Shown here: positions 18,022 to 28,098 of the stretch, one piece after another
Layout of the letters: every line of letters begins with the position of its first letter
Position numbering within the stretch: the stretch's first letter is position 1
Assembly (NCBI GenBank): GCA_036478815.1
Contig: JAZGEP010000054.1
Location: 1-44,571 of the forward strand
Direction: 5' to 3'
Source: Methylococcales bacterium
Lineage (GTDB): Bacteria > Pseudomonadota > Gammaproteobacteria > Methylococcales > DRLZ01
Length of the DNA stretch: 44,571 nucleotides
Notes under the pieces: model-generated
Told to the model about the DNA's origin: nothing
Database searches by the model: none
Seen by the model: only the letters and a program-made list of their open reading frames with translations
Program-made: the position numbers and the translations under genes

Positions 18022-18993
18022 TCAGACTTGTCTGAAATTGTCAACAATATGACAAAAAACCTGCCTGCCATCTTTCAACAAAACCTGTTCTGATTTTGTT
18101 GATTGACACTCTAAAATTCGTTTTGAACATCGTGGTTCAAACGGACATCCACGAGGCAGATCGACTGGATCAGGTGGATCTCCAGGCATGCTGTAAAGCT
18201 GTTGTCCGGTTTTTTTTAGCGTCGGCATGGAAGCCAATAACCCCTGTGTATACGGATGCTTTGGCTGCTGTAATACAGTGCTGACTTGACCATATTCCAT
18301 CACTTGACCGCCATATAACACCATGACTTGGTCGCATAATTCCGCCACTACACCAAAATCATGCGTTATCACCATCAAAGTAATTCCCTGTTGCCGTTGT
18401 AACTGTTTGATCAAACTAAGTATTTGAGCTTGCATGGAGACATCTAGCGCAGTGGTTGGCTCATCTGCTATTAACAATGACGGCTGACACAATAGCGCTG
18501 TCGCAATTAATATTCGTTGTCGCATACCGCCTGAAAATTGATGTGGATAACTGTGAATACGCTGTTCGGCATCACTAATTCCACAGTCTATCAATAACTT
18601 TATTGCGAGTCTGAGTGCCGTTTTGTAATTAATGCGTTTGTGAGTGACAAGCACTTCGGTCATTTGGGTGGCAATTGATAGATAAGGATTTAGTGAACTC
18701 ATTGGATCCTGAAACACCATTGCGATTTGGTTACCATTAATATTCCGACGTTGTGAATTGCTTAGCTCCAGCAGCGATTGTCCCTCAAACAATACTTTGC
18801 CAGATACCCTCGCTTGATCGTCGAGCAAACCCATGATTGCCATTGCTAATTGTGATTTTCCGGATCCTGATTCACCCACAATCCCTAAGGTAGTCCCTTG
18901 TTCGATTGTAAAACTGACTTGATTAACTGCACGCAATCGACCTGAGCGTGTCGTATATTTCACTGACAGATCACTTACATTGAGTACACTCAT
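18022..18993 (-). CDS. oppD: Opp/Dpp-type peptide ABC transporter ATP-binding protein
   Basis: Walker A GESGSGKS, signature FSGGMRQR, Walker B LLIADEPTTALD, and the oligopeptide-transporter C-terminal region (HPYTQGLL...PRGCPFEPRC). Confidence 0.9.
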   Translation of the reverse strand: MSVLNVSDLSVKYTTRSGRLRAVNQVSFTIEQGTTLGIVGESGSGKSQLAMAIMGLLDDQARVSGKVLFEGQSLLELSNSQRRNINGNQIAMVFQDPMSSLNPYLSIATQMTEVLVTHKRINYKTALRLAIKLLIDCGISDAEQRIHSYPHQFSGGMRQRILIATALLCQPSLLIADEPTTALDVSMQAQILSLIKQLQRQQGITLMVITHDFGVVAELCDQVMVLYGGQVMEYGQVSTVLQQPKHPYTQGLLASMPTLKKTGQQLYSMPGDPPDPVDLPRGCPFEPRCSKRILECQSTKSEQVLLKDGRQVFCHIVDNFRQV

Positions 18994-19065
18994 TGTCTGT
19001 TATTGCCCTTGCCCAAGAGCAACGACAGCACGATTCCTCGCCTTGCTCTCAATAAAATACACTCA

Positions 19066-19232
19066 CTAGGAGGTTGTCTGGGAATAGAAACCGTAGTGTG
19101 AGAAAACCGTTTTGAGTCCATTTTTTCGATTAAATGAGACAATTATTTGCTGTATTGAACGAATTTAATTGGAAAAAGAGGCCAAAACCCACTTTTTCGC
19201 AGTAGGCTTTCTATTCTCGGGAAGCCTACTGG
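19066..19232 (+). mobile_element. MITE class C, copy C5 (between oppC and oppD)
   Basis: CTAGGAGGTTGTCTGGGAATAGAAACCGTAGTG...CTATTCTCGGGAAGCCTACTGG. The most diverged full copy. Confidence 0.85.
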
Positions 19233-19243
19233 AAATACTGACA

Positions 19244-20110
19244 TTAGGTGCGCGATGAAGATACATCGTACAAATCACGCAGGCCATCGCCGACAACGTT
19301 GAGACATAACACGGTGGTTGACAATAGTAGTGCGGGAATAATTAGCAACCAGGGTGCACGATGCATTTCGCGCATTCCCGCATTGATCAGAGCGCCCCAA
19401 GAGGTGGCTGGCTCTTGCACTCCCAGTCCCAGAAAGCTGATGAAAGATTCGATCAAAATCACTTGTGGAATAGTGAGTGTTGCATACACAACAACAACGC
19501 CGAGCAAATTGGGGATAATGTGACGACGAATAATTGCCCATTCATTCAATCCACAGACCCTGGCTGCCGCGATAAATTCCTGATTCTTGATACTCAAGGT
19601 TTGTCCACGCACAATACGCGCCATATCCAGCCAGTTGACTGCGCCAATTGCCACAAAGATCAGCAGCAAATTACGGCCAAAGACGACCATTAGAAGAATC
19701 ACGAAAAACATGAATGGCATGGCGTATAACACATCAACCAGGCGCATCATCAACGCATCAATACGACCACCAAAATAGCCAGCAACTGCGCCGTAAATTA
19801 CACCAATACCAATGGTTACCAGTGTTGCGACCAATCCGATCATTAGTGAGATTCTACCACCTTCCAACACCCGCACATAGAGATCCCGCCCTAGGGAATC
19901 AGTGCCTAGCCAATGTCCGTTGTTTAAATCAGGCGACGCCAGAATCAGTTCAAAATCTGTGGTGGCAGAGTCATATTGGCTGAATAGTGGGCCTGCAATG
20001 ACCGCAATTGCAATCAATAATAATAGTAATGAACTGATCACTATGGGACGACTGGCAGATAATTGTTGCCAGCCATTATCCCAACGCGATAACTTTGACG
20101 TTGTGCTCAA
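19244..20110 (-). CDS. oppC: Opp/Dpp-type ABC transporter permease
   Basis: 288 aa. Multiple TM helices, binding-protein-dependent transport permease pattern. Overlaps the oppB stop by 4 nt. Confidence 0.9.
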   Translation of the reverse strand: MSTTSKLSRWDNGWQQLSASRPIVISSLLLLLIAIAVIAGPLFSQYDSATTDFELILASPDLNNGHWLGTDSLGRDLYVRVLEGGRISLMIGLVATLVTIGIGVIYGAVAGYFGGRIDALMMRLVDVLYAMPFMFFVILLMVVFGRNLLLIFVAIGAVNWLDMARIVRGQTLSIKNQEFIAAARVCGLNEWAIIRRHIIPNLLGVVVVYATLTIPQVILIESFISFLGLGVQEPATSWGALINAGMREMHRAPWLLIIPALLLSTTVLCLNVVGDGLRDLYDVSSSRT

Positions 20111-21063
20111 TAGTTCACCTTTGGATCCAGCCAGGCATACAATAAATCAACAATCAGATTGGCAAATACAACCAATGCGCCATAAACAACGACAACACCC
20201 AACACCAGAGTATAATCACGATTCATCGCACCTTGTACAAAATAGCGACCAATTCCTGGAATTCCAAAAATTTGTTCAACCACTACCGAACCAGTAATAA
20301 TACCGGCGCTGGCTGGTCCAAGATAAGACAATACAGGTAGAAAAGCCGGTTTGAATGCATGACGTAACACAATCAGCCAAGTTGGTAATCCTTTGCCGCG
20401 TGCGGCGCGGATATAAGTGCTGCTTAACACATCGATCATGCTGCCGCGCATCAATCGAGCTATATAAGCTATTTGTGGCAGCGCCAAGGCGATAATTGGT
20501 AACACCAAATCAGAATTGCGACCCACCTCCCAACCACCCGCAGGTAGCCATTTCAAACTAATTGCAAACAGCAGTATCAGTAACGGCGCAATCACAAAGC
20601 CTGGCACAGCAATACCACCAACCGTCAACAGTTGTATTGTATAGTCCAAAAATCGGTTGTGATACAGCGCAGCAAGCATTCCCATGCTACAGCCAATGAC
20701 CAACGCCAACAACATAGCGACTGCGCCCAGCTTAAAAGACACTGGAAAACCTGCGCCTATCAAGTCATTCACTGAATAATCACGATAGCGAAAAGAGGGT
20801 CCTAAATCACCGTGTACAACACTGTTGAGATAGTATAGAAATTGCTCATGTAGCGGGCGATCAAGATGGTATAAGCGATCAAGATTAGCGCGTACTTCAG
20901 GTGCGATTGCTTTCTCGGTATCAAACGGACCGCCTGGAGCGCTGTGAATCAAATAAAAAGCGATAAAAATCATTACCAACAAGGTTGGAATCGCTCCGAG
21001 CAAGCGCTGAAAAGCGTAACGCCATAACATCAGCTGAACACATCTTCTAAACATAACAGGCAA
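20107..21063 (-). CDS. oppB: Opp/Dpp-type ABC transporter permease
   Basis: 318 aa. The N-terminus RLLGAIPTLLVMIFIAF is typical of OppB/DppB. The true start may be the internal ATG at 21030 (MLWRYAFQRLL). Confidence 0.9.
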   Translation of the reverse strand: MPVMFRRCVQLMLWRYAFQRLLGAIPTLLVMIFIAFYLIHSAPGGPFDTEKAIAPEVRANLDRLYHLDRPLHEQFLYYLNSVVHGDLGPSFRYRDYSVNDLIGAGFPVSFKLGAVAMLLALVIGCSMGMLAALYHNRFLDYTIQLLTVGGIAVPGFVIAPLLILLFAISLKWLPAGGWEVGRNSDLVLPIIALALPQIAYIARLMRGSMIDVLSSTYIRAARGKGLPTWLIVLRHAFKPAFLPVLSYLGPASAGIITGSVVVEQIFGIPGIGRYFVQGAMNRDYTLVLGVVVVYGALVVFANLIVDLLYAWLDPKVNY

Positions 21064-21156
21064 TCAAGAATTGTTTGCTGTCTGTTGAATTGAGTCATTG
21101 ATGTATTGAGTCTTTTATTCAAAAACAATTTTCCTGAGCATATTTGAGCGGGGTTT

Positions 21157-22761
21157 TCATTCAATGAATAAATTTTTTGTGTAATGATGATCCATCACAT
21201 TTCCCTCAACACCTTTTATATGCGGTTTAACCAGGCTTTTGCTGACATAAAAAAAGATCGGGATAATTGGAACGTCTTGTAGCAGGATGCGTTCAGCTTG
21301 CTGCAATAACTGTTGTCGCTTGTCGAGATTACTTTCAACAGATGCTGCAGACAACAATTGATCATACTGCGGATTAGCGTAGCCGGTGTTATTCATTGGA
21401 TTCTCTGACTGCAATAACTCGGCGAAACTCCAGGCATCGTTAAAATCAGCAATCCAGCCGCCTCTGATGACCTGAGTTTGATCAGTTTGTTTGCGATGAT
21501 CAAGAAAGACTTTCCACTCTTCGTTAATCAATTCAGTTTCAATACCAAGCGATTCCTTCCACATTGCTGCAATGGCAAGCGCGATACGTTTGTGATTTTC
21601 GCTGGTATTGTATAACAGTTCCAGTTTCAGAGGTTTTTCAGCTGAATAACCGGCCTGCGCATATAACTGCTTAGCTTTAACCAGTCGTTGCTGCTTTGTC
21701 CAGCTAAAATCGGATGTTGGTTGGGCTTGATAATGCATGATCCCAGTTGGAACCCAGCTGTAAGCAGGCAGTTCTCCAGCTGCTGTAATTTTTTGCACAA
21801 TCGTGTCGCGATCAATCGCCAACCATAATGCTCGACGCAATCCAGGCTGATTTTTGAATGGTGGCCGAGTCACATTCAGGCCATAGTAATAGGTGCCCAA
21901 ATACGGCGAAATTTTCAATTGATCACCAAATTTGTTTCGCACCCAATCGACTTGACCAACAGGAATTGATTCCGTCCAATCAATCTCATCAGCCCAAAAA
22001 CGTTGCAATTCTTGTGAAGCATCGTCTATTGCGTAATAAATTACTCGATCAATACGAGTATGCTGTGCATCCCAGTATTGTGAGTTTTTTTCCAGGGCTA
22101 TATGCGATTGCACCACCCAATCAGCCAACGTGTAGGCGCCATTTGAAACCAACCTGTCTGGTCGCGAGAAATGACCTTGCCAAGCTTCCACTGTTGCCTG
22201 ATGCACAGGATATGTTGTGGAATGAGTCAGCAGGCTAAGAAAATACGGCGTTGCTGCTTTCAGTGTAATCTGCAACGTATGTTTGTTCAAAGCCTTAACG
22301 CCAAGCGTTTCAACCGCGAGTTTTCCGGCAATAATGGCTTCCACATTAACAATGCTTGAGAGCACTTGTGAATAGCTGGAGCCAGTTGCGGGATCAATAC
22401 TGCGTCTCAGTGAATAAACAAAGTCTTGCGCGGTCAATGGGTCTCCATTTGACCAACGCGCAGTTTTGCGCAAATACAAAGTATAAATCGTTCCATCAGC
22501 ACTGATCTTCAAGTGATGTGCAACGCCGGGAACCAGTTGTCCATCGGCTCCTTCCGAAATTAAGCCTTCATACAGATCACGCAAAATATTGGAGGCTGGT
22601 ACACCTTCTGCCTTATGCGGATCAAGAGTCTGTGGTTCTGGGCCATTACCTTTGCGCAAAACAGCAATATTGCTGGTAGTGTCTGATTTAGCCGACTGAT
22701 CACAGGCAACCAGAAAAAATATATTCACCAGAAACAGCAATCGAATCATTTGCTTAATCAT
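21157..22761 (-). CDS. oppA: Peptide ABC transporter substrate-binding protein (family 5), predicted lipoprotein
   Basis: 534 aa. Signal peptide with lipobox FLVAC. SBP family-5 pattern (RWSNGDPLTAQDFVYS). Confidence 0.85.
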   Translation of the reverse strand: MIKQMIRLLFLVNIFFLVACDQSAKSDTTSNIAVLRKGNGPEPQTLDPHKAEGVPASNILRDLYEGLISEGADGQLVPGVAHHLKISADGTIYTLYLRKTARWSNGDPLTAQDFVYSLRRSIDPATGSSYSQVLSSIVNVEAIIAGKLAVETLGVKALNKHTLQITLKAATPYFLSLLTHSTTYPVHQATVEAWQGHFSRPDRLVSNGAYTLADWVVQSHIALEKNSQYWDAQHTRIDRVIYYAIDDASQELQRFWADEIDWTESIPVGQVDWVRNKFGDQLKISPYLGTYYYGLNVTRPPFKNQPGLRRALWLAIDRDTIVQKITAAGELPAYSWVPTGIMHYQAQPTSDFSWTKQQRLVKAKQLYAQAGYSAEKPLKLELLYNTSENHKRIALAIAAMWKESLGIETELINEEWKVFLDHRKQTDQTQVIRGGWIADFNDAWSFAELLQSENPMNNTGYANPQYDQLLSAASVESNLDKRQQLLQQAERILLQDVPIIPIFFYVSKSLVKPHIKGVEGNVMDHHYTKNLFIE

Positions 22762-22850
22762 GCTCCCATTGTTTCAACACACATCAATTTGATAAAGAGA
22801 CTGGACATCATATCAACTGTTATAGATACTGCTTGGTTTAAATGAAAATA

Positions 22851-23003
22851 CGTAACGACTCAGCGTACTCTGTAACTGCTCAACTTGTCCTCTATTTTGT
22901 TCAAAAATAAAGCGAAAGCGCACAGTTTACAGATGTCAATGAGCACTTTCCAGACAGCGATTGGACTCAATAGAGGACAAGCTGAGTTGCCTGAGTCGTT
23001 ACG
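22851..23003 (+). mobile_element. MITE class D, copy D2 (most complete copy)
   Basis: Outer arms CGTAACGACTCAGCGTACTCTGTAACTGCTCAACTTGTCCTCTATT / AATAGAGGACAAGCTGAGTTGCCTGAGTCGTTACG. Centre AGCGAAAGCGCACAGTTTACAGATGTCAATGAGCACTTTCCAGACAGCGATTGG. Ends 30 bp before the fabI ATG. Confidence 0.85.
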
Positions 23004-23032
23004 AAAATACTATCACTTAAGGAGAATAATTC

Positions 23033-23812
23033 ATGGGGATGATGGACGGAAAGAAAGTCCTGATCGTTGGCGTTGCCAGTAATCGTTCTATTGCCTGGGG
23101 CATTGCCAATGCCATGCACCGTGAAGGTGCTGAACTGGCTTTTAGCTATCAAAATGAGAAATTACAAAGTCGTGTGGAGAAGCTGGCGGCACAATGTAAT
23201 TCTGCACCGACAATGGAATGTGATGTCAGTAGTGACAGCAATATCGAAAAAACCTTCAGTGAGTTAGGCACACATTGGGATGGCCTGGATTGCATTGTCC
23301 ACTCAGTTGCATTTGCTCCACGTGACGCCCTGGAAGGCAATTACGTTGATGCTGTCACACGCGAGAACTTCGGGATTGCCCATGAGGTCAGCTCATACAG
23401 TTTTGCAGCACTTGCAAAATATGGACGCAAAATGATGGAAGGGCGAAATGGATCGCTGTTGACGTTGACTTATCTAGGTGCACAGCGGGTTATTCCTAAT
23501 TACAATGTAATGGGTGTTGCCAAAGCCAGTCTGGAAGCCAATGTACGCTATATGGCAGGGTCACTCGGCCCCGAAGGTACACGGGTCAATGCAATTTCAG
23601 CAGGACCTATCAGAACGTTGGCAGCCGCAGGGATTAACAACTTTCGGGAAATGCTCAGCAAGGGCGCGGATGCCGCACCATTGCGCAGAAATGTAACAAT
23701 TGACGAGGTTGGCAATGTTGGTGCTTTTTTGTGCTCAGATCTGGCATCAGGCATTACCGGCGAAATCACCTACGTTGATGCTGGATATAATATTACCGGG
23801 TTATCAATGTAG
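23033..23812 (+). CDS. fabI: Enoyl-[acyl-carrier-protein] reductase (NADH) FabI
   Basis: 259 aa. N-terminal [21 protein letters not shown]-x6-K region ([12 protein letters not shown]), [21 protein letters not shown] at 23019-23024. Confidence 0.95.
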   Translation: MGMMDGKKVLIVGVASNRSIAWGIANAMHREGAELAFSYQNEKLQSRVEKLAAQCNSAPTMECDVSSDSNIEKTFSELGTHWDGLDCIVHSVAFAPRDALEGNYVDAVTRENFGIAHEVSSYSFAALAKYGRKMMEGRNGSLLTLTYLGAQRVIPNYNVMGVAKASLEANVRYMAGSLGPEGTRVNAISAGPIRTLAAAGINNFREMLSKGADAAPLRRNVTIDEVGNVGAFLCSDLASGITGEITYVDAGYNITGLSM

Positions 23813-23820
23813 CCTCATGA

Positions 23821-23847
23821 GGGAAGCACTTATCCTAAGTGCTTCCC
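23821..23847. terminator. Hairpin between convergent fabI and ppiD
   Basis: GGGAAGCACTT-ATCCT-AAGTGCTTCCC, an 11-bp perfect stem. There is no clear T-tract on either side, so terminator function is uncertain. Confidence 0.4.
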
Positions 23848-23873
23848 ATTACGCTGAGTTAGCTTAGACTGTA

Positions 23874-25742
23874 TTATTGCAAATCACCTTGTATTGACAC
23901 ATCGCTTGCTTGCTCTAATTGACTGATTAATGCTGTGTATTCTATTGAATTACGACTTTTCACCAATCTTGCCTTGGACTCTGCACGTTCATCATCAGTA
24001 ACAGTATCAGCATTACCGTCTTTGACTGACTTAATCATAATAACCACTTGACCTTGTGCGCCTAGGTCAATCTTCTCAATAGTTGGCTTATCAGTTGGTT
24101 TGGCTGTTGAGAAAATGCCTTGCTTGATTTGCCACGGAATTTTGGTATCGTTACGTGCAACAAAACCCGGGTTTTCTAGTTCCAACCCGCGAGCTTTGGC
24201 AAGTTGATCTAATGACTGGCCTTCATTCAACGCCTTGACTATCCCATCTGCCTTGCTAACGGCTGCTTCATGAGCAGCTTTCTGATTTAAAGCCTGAATT
24301 ACCCCTTGCTTAACCGTCTCTAACGGTTGAATGGTCGCTGGTTGATGTTCTTTAACCCGCACAACAACCACTCGCTCAGAACCCAATTCAATAATTTCAC
24401 TATTATTTCCATCCAGCACATCACTACTGAATGCTATATCGCGCACTGCTTGTTCAGTTGCAATACCAACCCCAATTTGTTGATTAAACAATCCTGTTTC
24501 CTGAATATCTTTGCCAATCGCTTCAGCTGCCATATCCAGGCTCCCTGAATTTTCGTATCTGACCTGATCCAACGTATCCTGTAATTCAAAAAACTTGTTT
24601 TCAGCTTCTTTTCGACGATAATCTTTAGTGAGCTGTACTTTCAACTCTTCAAAGGATTTACTTTTCGCTGATTCAATCGTTGTCACTTGTATGATGTGAT
24701 AACCATATTCGGTTTTAACCGGTTCAGAATTGACTCCTTGTGCCAAGCCAAAAGCCGCATCTTCAAATTCTTTAACCATATCTCCATGACGAATAAAACC
24801 CAAATCGCCACCTTTCTTTTTTGACAATGGATCTTCTGACAACTGTTTTGCAAGATCAGCAAAATTCTCACCTTGAATCAATTTTTGTTGTATGTCCTGA
24901 GCTTTTTTTAACGCACCCGCATCTGAATCATCATTTTTAGTAGAAATCAGAATATGTTTGACTTTACGACGTTCCTCAGTCGTAAAGCTATCTTTTTGCT
25001 CTTCATAATACGTTAGCAAGCCTTCATCTGTTACCTCTTCCTGTGCTGCCAAATCATCCAGATTTAACTCAACATATTGTAAGGAAACCTGTTCAGGAAC
25101 CTGATAGCGATCAGCATGTTCTTTATAATAGGCCTGTATATTCTCATCTGAGTGTTGAATCTGTGTAACCGTTACCGGAATATTAACGTACTCAACTTCT
25201 CGCGATTGATTAAATAATTTGAAATAACCATTGAGTTCTGTCTCAGTGGCAAATCCTGAGTCTAGACTACTCCGTCGCAACTGATCTTTCGCCATTGCCA
25301 AACGGGTTTGTTCAATAAATTGTCGCGATGAAAGGCCTTGACTGTTTAAAGCCAGTGTATAAGTTTTCTTATCAAATTTGCCATCCACCTTAAACACATC
25401 AATATCCTGAATGATTTTCTTGACCGCCTGATCGCCAACCTCAAGGTTAACATCATCAACGGTATCACCAAGCACAGTATCTGACACCAATTGTCGTATT
25501 GCTTCTTTACGCAGGACACTTTCATCCAGGGCAGCATACTGTGGATTCGATTGTTTGAGTCGTAAATAGGCCCGGTTAACGTCTTTTTGATAAAATTTGG
25601 TGCTCCCCACAGTTGCAACGGGGATTTCTTCCCCGCCATCAACATAACTGGAAATTCCCCACAAGGCAAAAGACATAATAATTAAACCCATGATAAACCA
25701 ACCTAAAAAACCATGGACTTGCTTGCGAATTACTTGCAACAT
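23874..25742 (-). CDS. ppiD: Periplasmic chaperone / peptidyl-prolyl isomerase PpiD
   Basis: 622 aa. N-terminal membrane anchor (WFIMGLIIMSFALWGI), central parvulin-like domain (HILI...GGDLGF...GYHII). Confidence 0.9.
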   Translation of the reverse strand: MLQVIRKQVHGFLGWFIMGLIIMSFALWGISSYVDGGEEIPVATVGSTKFYQKDVNRAYLRLKQSNPQYAALDESVLRKEAIRQLVSDTVLGDTVDDVNLEVGDQAVKKIIQDIDVFKVDGKFDKKTYTLALNSQGLSSRQFIEQTRLAMAKDQLRRSSLDSGFATETELNGYFKLFNQSREVEYVNIPVTVTQIQHSDENIQAYYKEHADRYQVPEQVSLQYVELNLDDLAAQEEVTDEGLLTYYEEQKDSFTTEERRKVKHILISTKNDDSDAGALKKAQDIQQKLIQGENFADLAKQLSEDPLSKKKGGDLGFIRHGDMVKEFEDAAFGLAQGVNSEPVKTEYGYHIIQVTTIESAKSKSFEELKVQLTKDYRRKEAENKFFELQDTLDQVRYENSGSLDMAAEAIGKDIQETGLFNQQIGVGIATEQAVRDIAFSSDVLDGNNSEIIELGSERVVVVRVKEHQPATIQPLETVKQGVIQALNQKAAHEAAVSKADGIVKALNEGQSLDQLAKARGLELENPGFVARNDTKIPWQIKQGIFSTAKPTDKPTIEKIDLGAQGQVVIMIKSVKDGNADTVTDDERAESKARLVKSRNSIEYTALISQLEQASDVSIQGDLQ

Positions 25743-25806
25743 TTATTAACCCATCCCATAAATTCAAAAATCAATACGTACCGGAACACCGGAAACAACG
25801 TTTTTA

Positions 25807-25966
25807 AGAGTGAGGATTTAATAATTTCCCGAAGTTTGGTGCAGCATTTTGATTTCACACGAGTACTCATAAAATGGGCGCATAGCAGGCTACGCAACTG
25901 TTTTATGAGTGCTTCTGTGGGATCAAAAGGCAAGTCAAAATCGGGAAGTTATTAAATTCTCACTCC
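25807..25966 (+). mobile_element. MITE class A, copy A2
   Basis: AGAGTGAGGATTTAATAA...TTATTAAATTCTCACTCC, flanked by TTA (25804-25806) and TTA (25967-25969). Collinear with A1. Confidence 0.85.
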
Positions 25967-25977
25967 TTAGAAACCGA

Positions 25978-26126
25978 AATTAAATAACTTCTGAAACTGG
26001 CATAAGCCATTTTTTGTCGAATAGTTGTTCCTGCTCAAGCCAGGAGAGCATACAGCGAGCTATACAACTATTTTCAAACACCGAAATAATGCAAAATGAC
26101 AAATCAGTTTTGGGAGTTGTTTAATA
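25978..26126 (+). mobile_element. MITE class H (single copy in window)
   Basis: Arms AATTAAATAACTTCTGAAACTG / CAGTTTTGGGAGTTGTTTAATAT. Centre GAGCATACAGCGAGCTATACAAC, a variant of the shared core. Confidence 0.6.
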
Positions 26127-26434
26127 TAGTCTCCTTATTATCCTTAAACATGCATACTGGTGACAAGACAATTCCAACAAAAATAATCAGGAAATATTAA
26201 TTGTTTTGTAGCTTACGGCATGGAAAGTTGAGAAATTGAGCATTCAGGCCTAGTCTGTTGATCCATCTTCTTCGCTGCAGCAATTGTTACATTACTCAAG
26301 AATGATAGGATCAAGTCGCGCTATCAAGTGCCAGTCTCCAGAAATTCATCCAGTGATGCTTTTCATTTTAGTCAGTAACTCAACGTTCATTTGCGCTTAT
26401 TTCAATACTGCAATCTCACTTTACTCTTGTACAT

Positions 26435-26509
26435 GAGAGGGCAATCTGAGCAGTTGCAGATTACGCTGAGTTACGTCAATTGTTCAAGTTATTTCAAGCA
26501 CGTTTCACT
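26435..26509. repeat. Class-D arm fragment (D3) followed by a solo class-F terminus
   Basis: GAGAGGGCAATCTGAGCAGTTGCAGATTACGCTGAGTTACG matches the reverse complement of the D1/D2 left arm. It is followed by TGTTCAAGTTATTTCAAGCACGTTTC. Confidence 0.6.
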
Positions 26510-26566
26510 ATGTCTGTAACTTGATTTACTGAAGGATAACCAATTCAATTCATGAATTAACAACCT

Positions 26567-27763
26567 TCAAATCAGTTTTATTCCTGCAAATCGACGCTTT
26601 CCAACCTGGTATACATGCTCACTCCCGGTTTTTAACACTTGCTTTGTATTGCTAACCCGCTCACCATCAATACGCACTGCACCTTGTTTCAACATACGTA
26701 GTGAGTCTGATGTGCTTTGAGTCAAGCCTGCATCTTTAAGCAGATTGGCAATTGCATAACCTGCATCTGGGGCAGTCAACTCCAACTGCTGAATATCATC
26801 AGGCATCGCACCATGTTTAAAACGCGCTTCAAATTCAGTCAGCGCATCTTCAGCGGCTTGCCGGTGATGAAATCGTTCGATAATCTCCTGCGCCAACAAT
26901 ACCTTGTAATCACGCGGATTTGCCCCATCATTACAGCTTTGATGCCAGTCATTGATTTCAGTCATTGGCCTAAAACTGAGTAACTCAAAATAACGCCACA
27001 TTAAATCGTCAGAGATGGACATAATTTTACCAAACATTTCATTAGCAGGTTCAGCAATACCGATATAATTACCCAATGATTTGGACATCTTCTGTACTCC
27101 ATCCAAACCCTCAAGAATTGGCATAGTCATCACGATCTGCGGTTTTTGTCCATATTGTTCCTGAAGTTGCCGCCCAACCAACAGATTAAATTTTTGATCG
27201 GTACCACCCAGTTCAACATCAGCTTGTAAAGCCACTGAATCATACCCTTGTATTAACGGATACAAAAACTCGTGAATCGCAATCGGCTGGTTACCACTAT
27301 AACGCTTATTAAAATCATCACGTTCCAACATACGTGCAACCGTGTGTTTGGCGGCGAGCTGGATCATATCTGATGCGCTGAACTCATTCATCCAATTCGA
27401 ATTAAATTGCACTGTGGTCTTGTCTTCGTCAAGAACCTTAAAAATCTGCTCCTGGTATGTACGTGCGTTTTCAAGCACATCGTCTTTAGTCAATGCTTTG
27501 CGGGTGATGTTCTTACCCGTCGGATCACCAATCATCCCTGTAAAATCACCAATCAGAAAAATCACCTCATGACCAACATCCTGAAACTGCTTGAGCTTAT
27601 TGAGCAAGACAGTATGACCAAGATGCAAATCTGGCGCAGTTGGGTCAAAACCAGCCTTGATTTTCAATCGTCGTCCGCTAGTGAGCAAATCCTTAAACTC
27701 TTTTTCAACCAGTATCTCGTGAGCTCCACGCGATAAATGTTCAAATTGTTCCATGTTATTCAT
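26567..27763 (-). CDS. tyrS: Tyrosyl-tRNA synthetase (type 2)
   Basis: HIGH motif (DLHLGH), KMSKS present, C-terminal S4-like domain. Start placed at [10 protein letters not shown] (27763). The ORF-track start 27805 adds 14 poorly fitting residues. Confidence 0.93.
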   Translation of the reverse strand: MNNMEQFEHLSRGAHEILVEKEFKDLLTSGRRLKIKAGFDPTAPDLHLGHTVLLNKLKQFQDVGHEVIFLIGDFTGMIGDPTGKNITRKALTKDDVLENARTYQEQIFKVLDEDKTTVQFNSNWMNEFSASDMIQLAAKHTVARMLERDDFNKRYSGNQPIAIHEFLYPLIQGYDSVALQADVELGGTDQKFNLLVGRQLQEQYGQKPQIVMTMPILEGLDGVQKMSKSLGNYIGIAEPANEMFGKIMSISDDLMWRYFELLSFRPMTEINDWHQSCNDGANPRDYKVLLAQEIIERFHHRQAAEDALTEFEARFKHGAMPDDIQQLELTAPDAGYAIANLLKDAGLTQSTSDSLRMLKQGAVRIDGERVSNTKQVLKTGSEHVYQVGKRRFAGIKLI

Positions 27764-27949
27764 TAATCGTCCCAGACAGTTTTCGCCATCATTTACCCAG
27801 AACATGTTAAGTTTTTTAAGGGAAATGAAGATTTATTGAGTGTTTGCAATGGCACGCAGTTGTACCAAAAAAAAGCACTATTATCTCACAGTCAGTTGAC
27901 AATCTTTACGTTACGCCTCGATTATTAAGGATGTAGTATTAAAAAAGAG

Positions 27950-28004
27950 GTAACTCTCAGCTTATCCTCTATTTTGTCCAATCGCTGTCTGGAAAGTGCT
28001 CATT
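27950..28004 (-). repeat. Class-D half element (D4) in the tyrS/queA divergent spacer
   Basis: GTAACTCTCAGCTTATCCTCTATTTTGTCCAATCGCTGTCTGGAAAGTGCTCATT is the reverse complement of the D2/D5 right half. Confidence 0.7.
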
Positions 28005-28098
28005 ATCAACAGATAATAATGCAATCGAGCATCGCAATTTTACCTGCTACGTTGTGTCAGATAAAATGGCATCTCATTACGGTCGATATGTCAAAGCC

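Noticed and set aside
19248-20297. Stack of overlapping ORFs on both strands within oppC/oppB, and similar ones in the AGCS gene (32303-33389), tssM, fabI and the S8 gene
   Set aside because: These are shadow ORFs antisense to or out of frame with well-supported long genes. They have no independent motifs.
27806-28053. Possible replication origin at the tyrS/queA divergent spacer, where predominant gene orientation switches from minus to plus
   Set aside because: The spacer is only about 250 bp and mostly a D-type MITE half. I saw no cluster of good DnaA boxes (only weak TTATC-like matches) and no AT-rich 13-mer array. Gene orientation on the left side is not uniform (psd, the lyase-like gene and fabI are on the plus strand).
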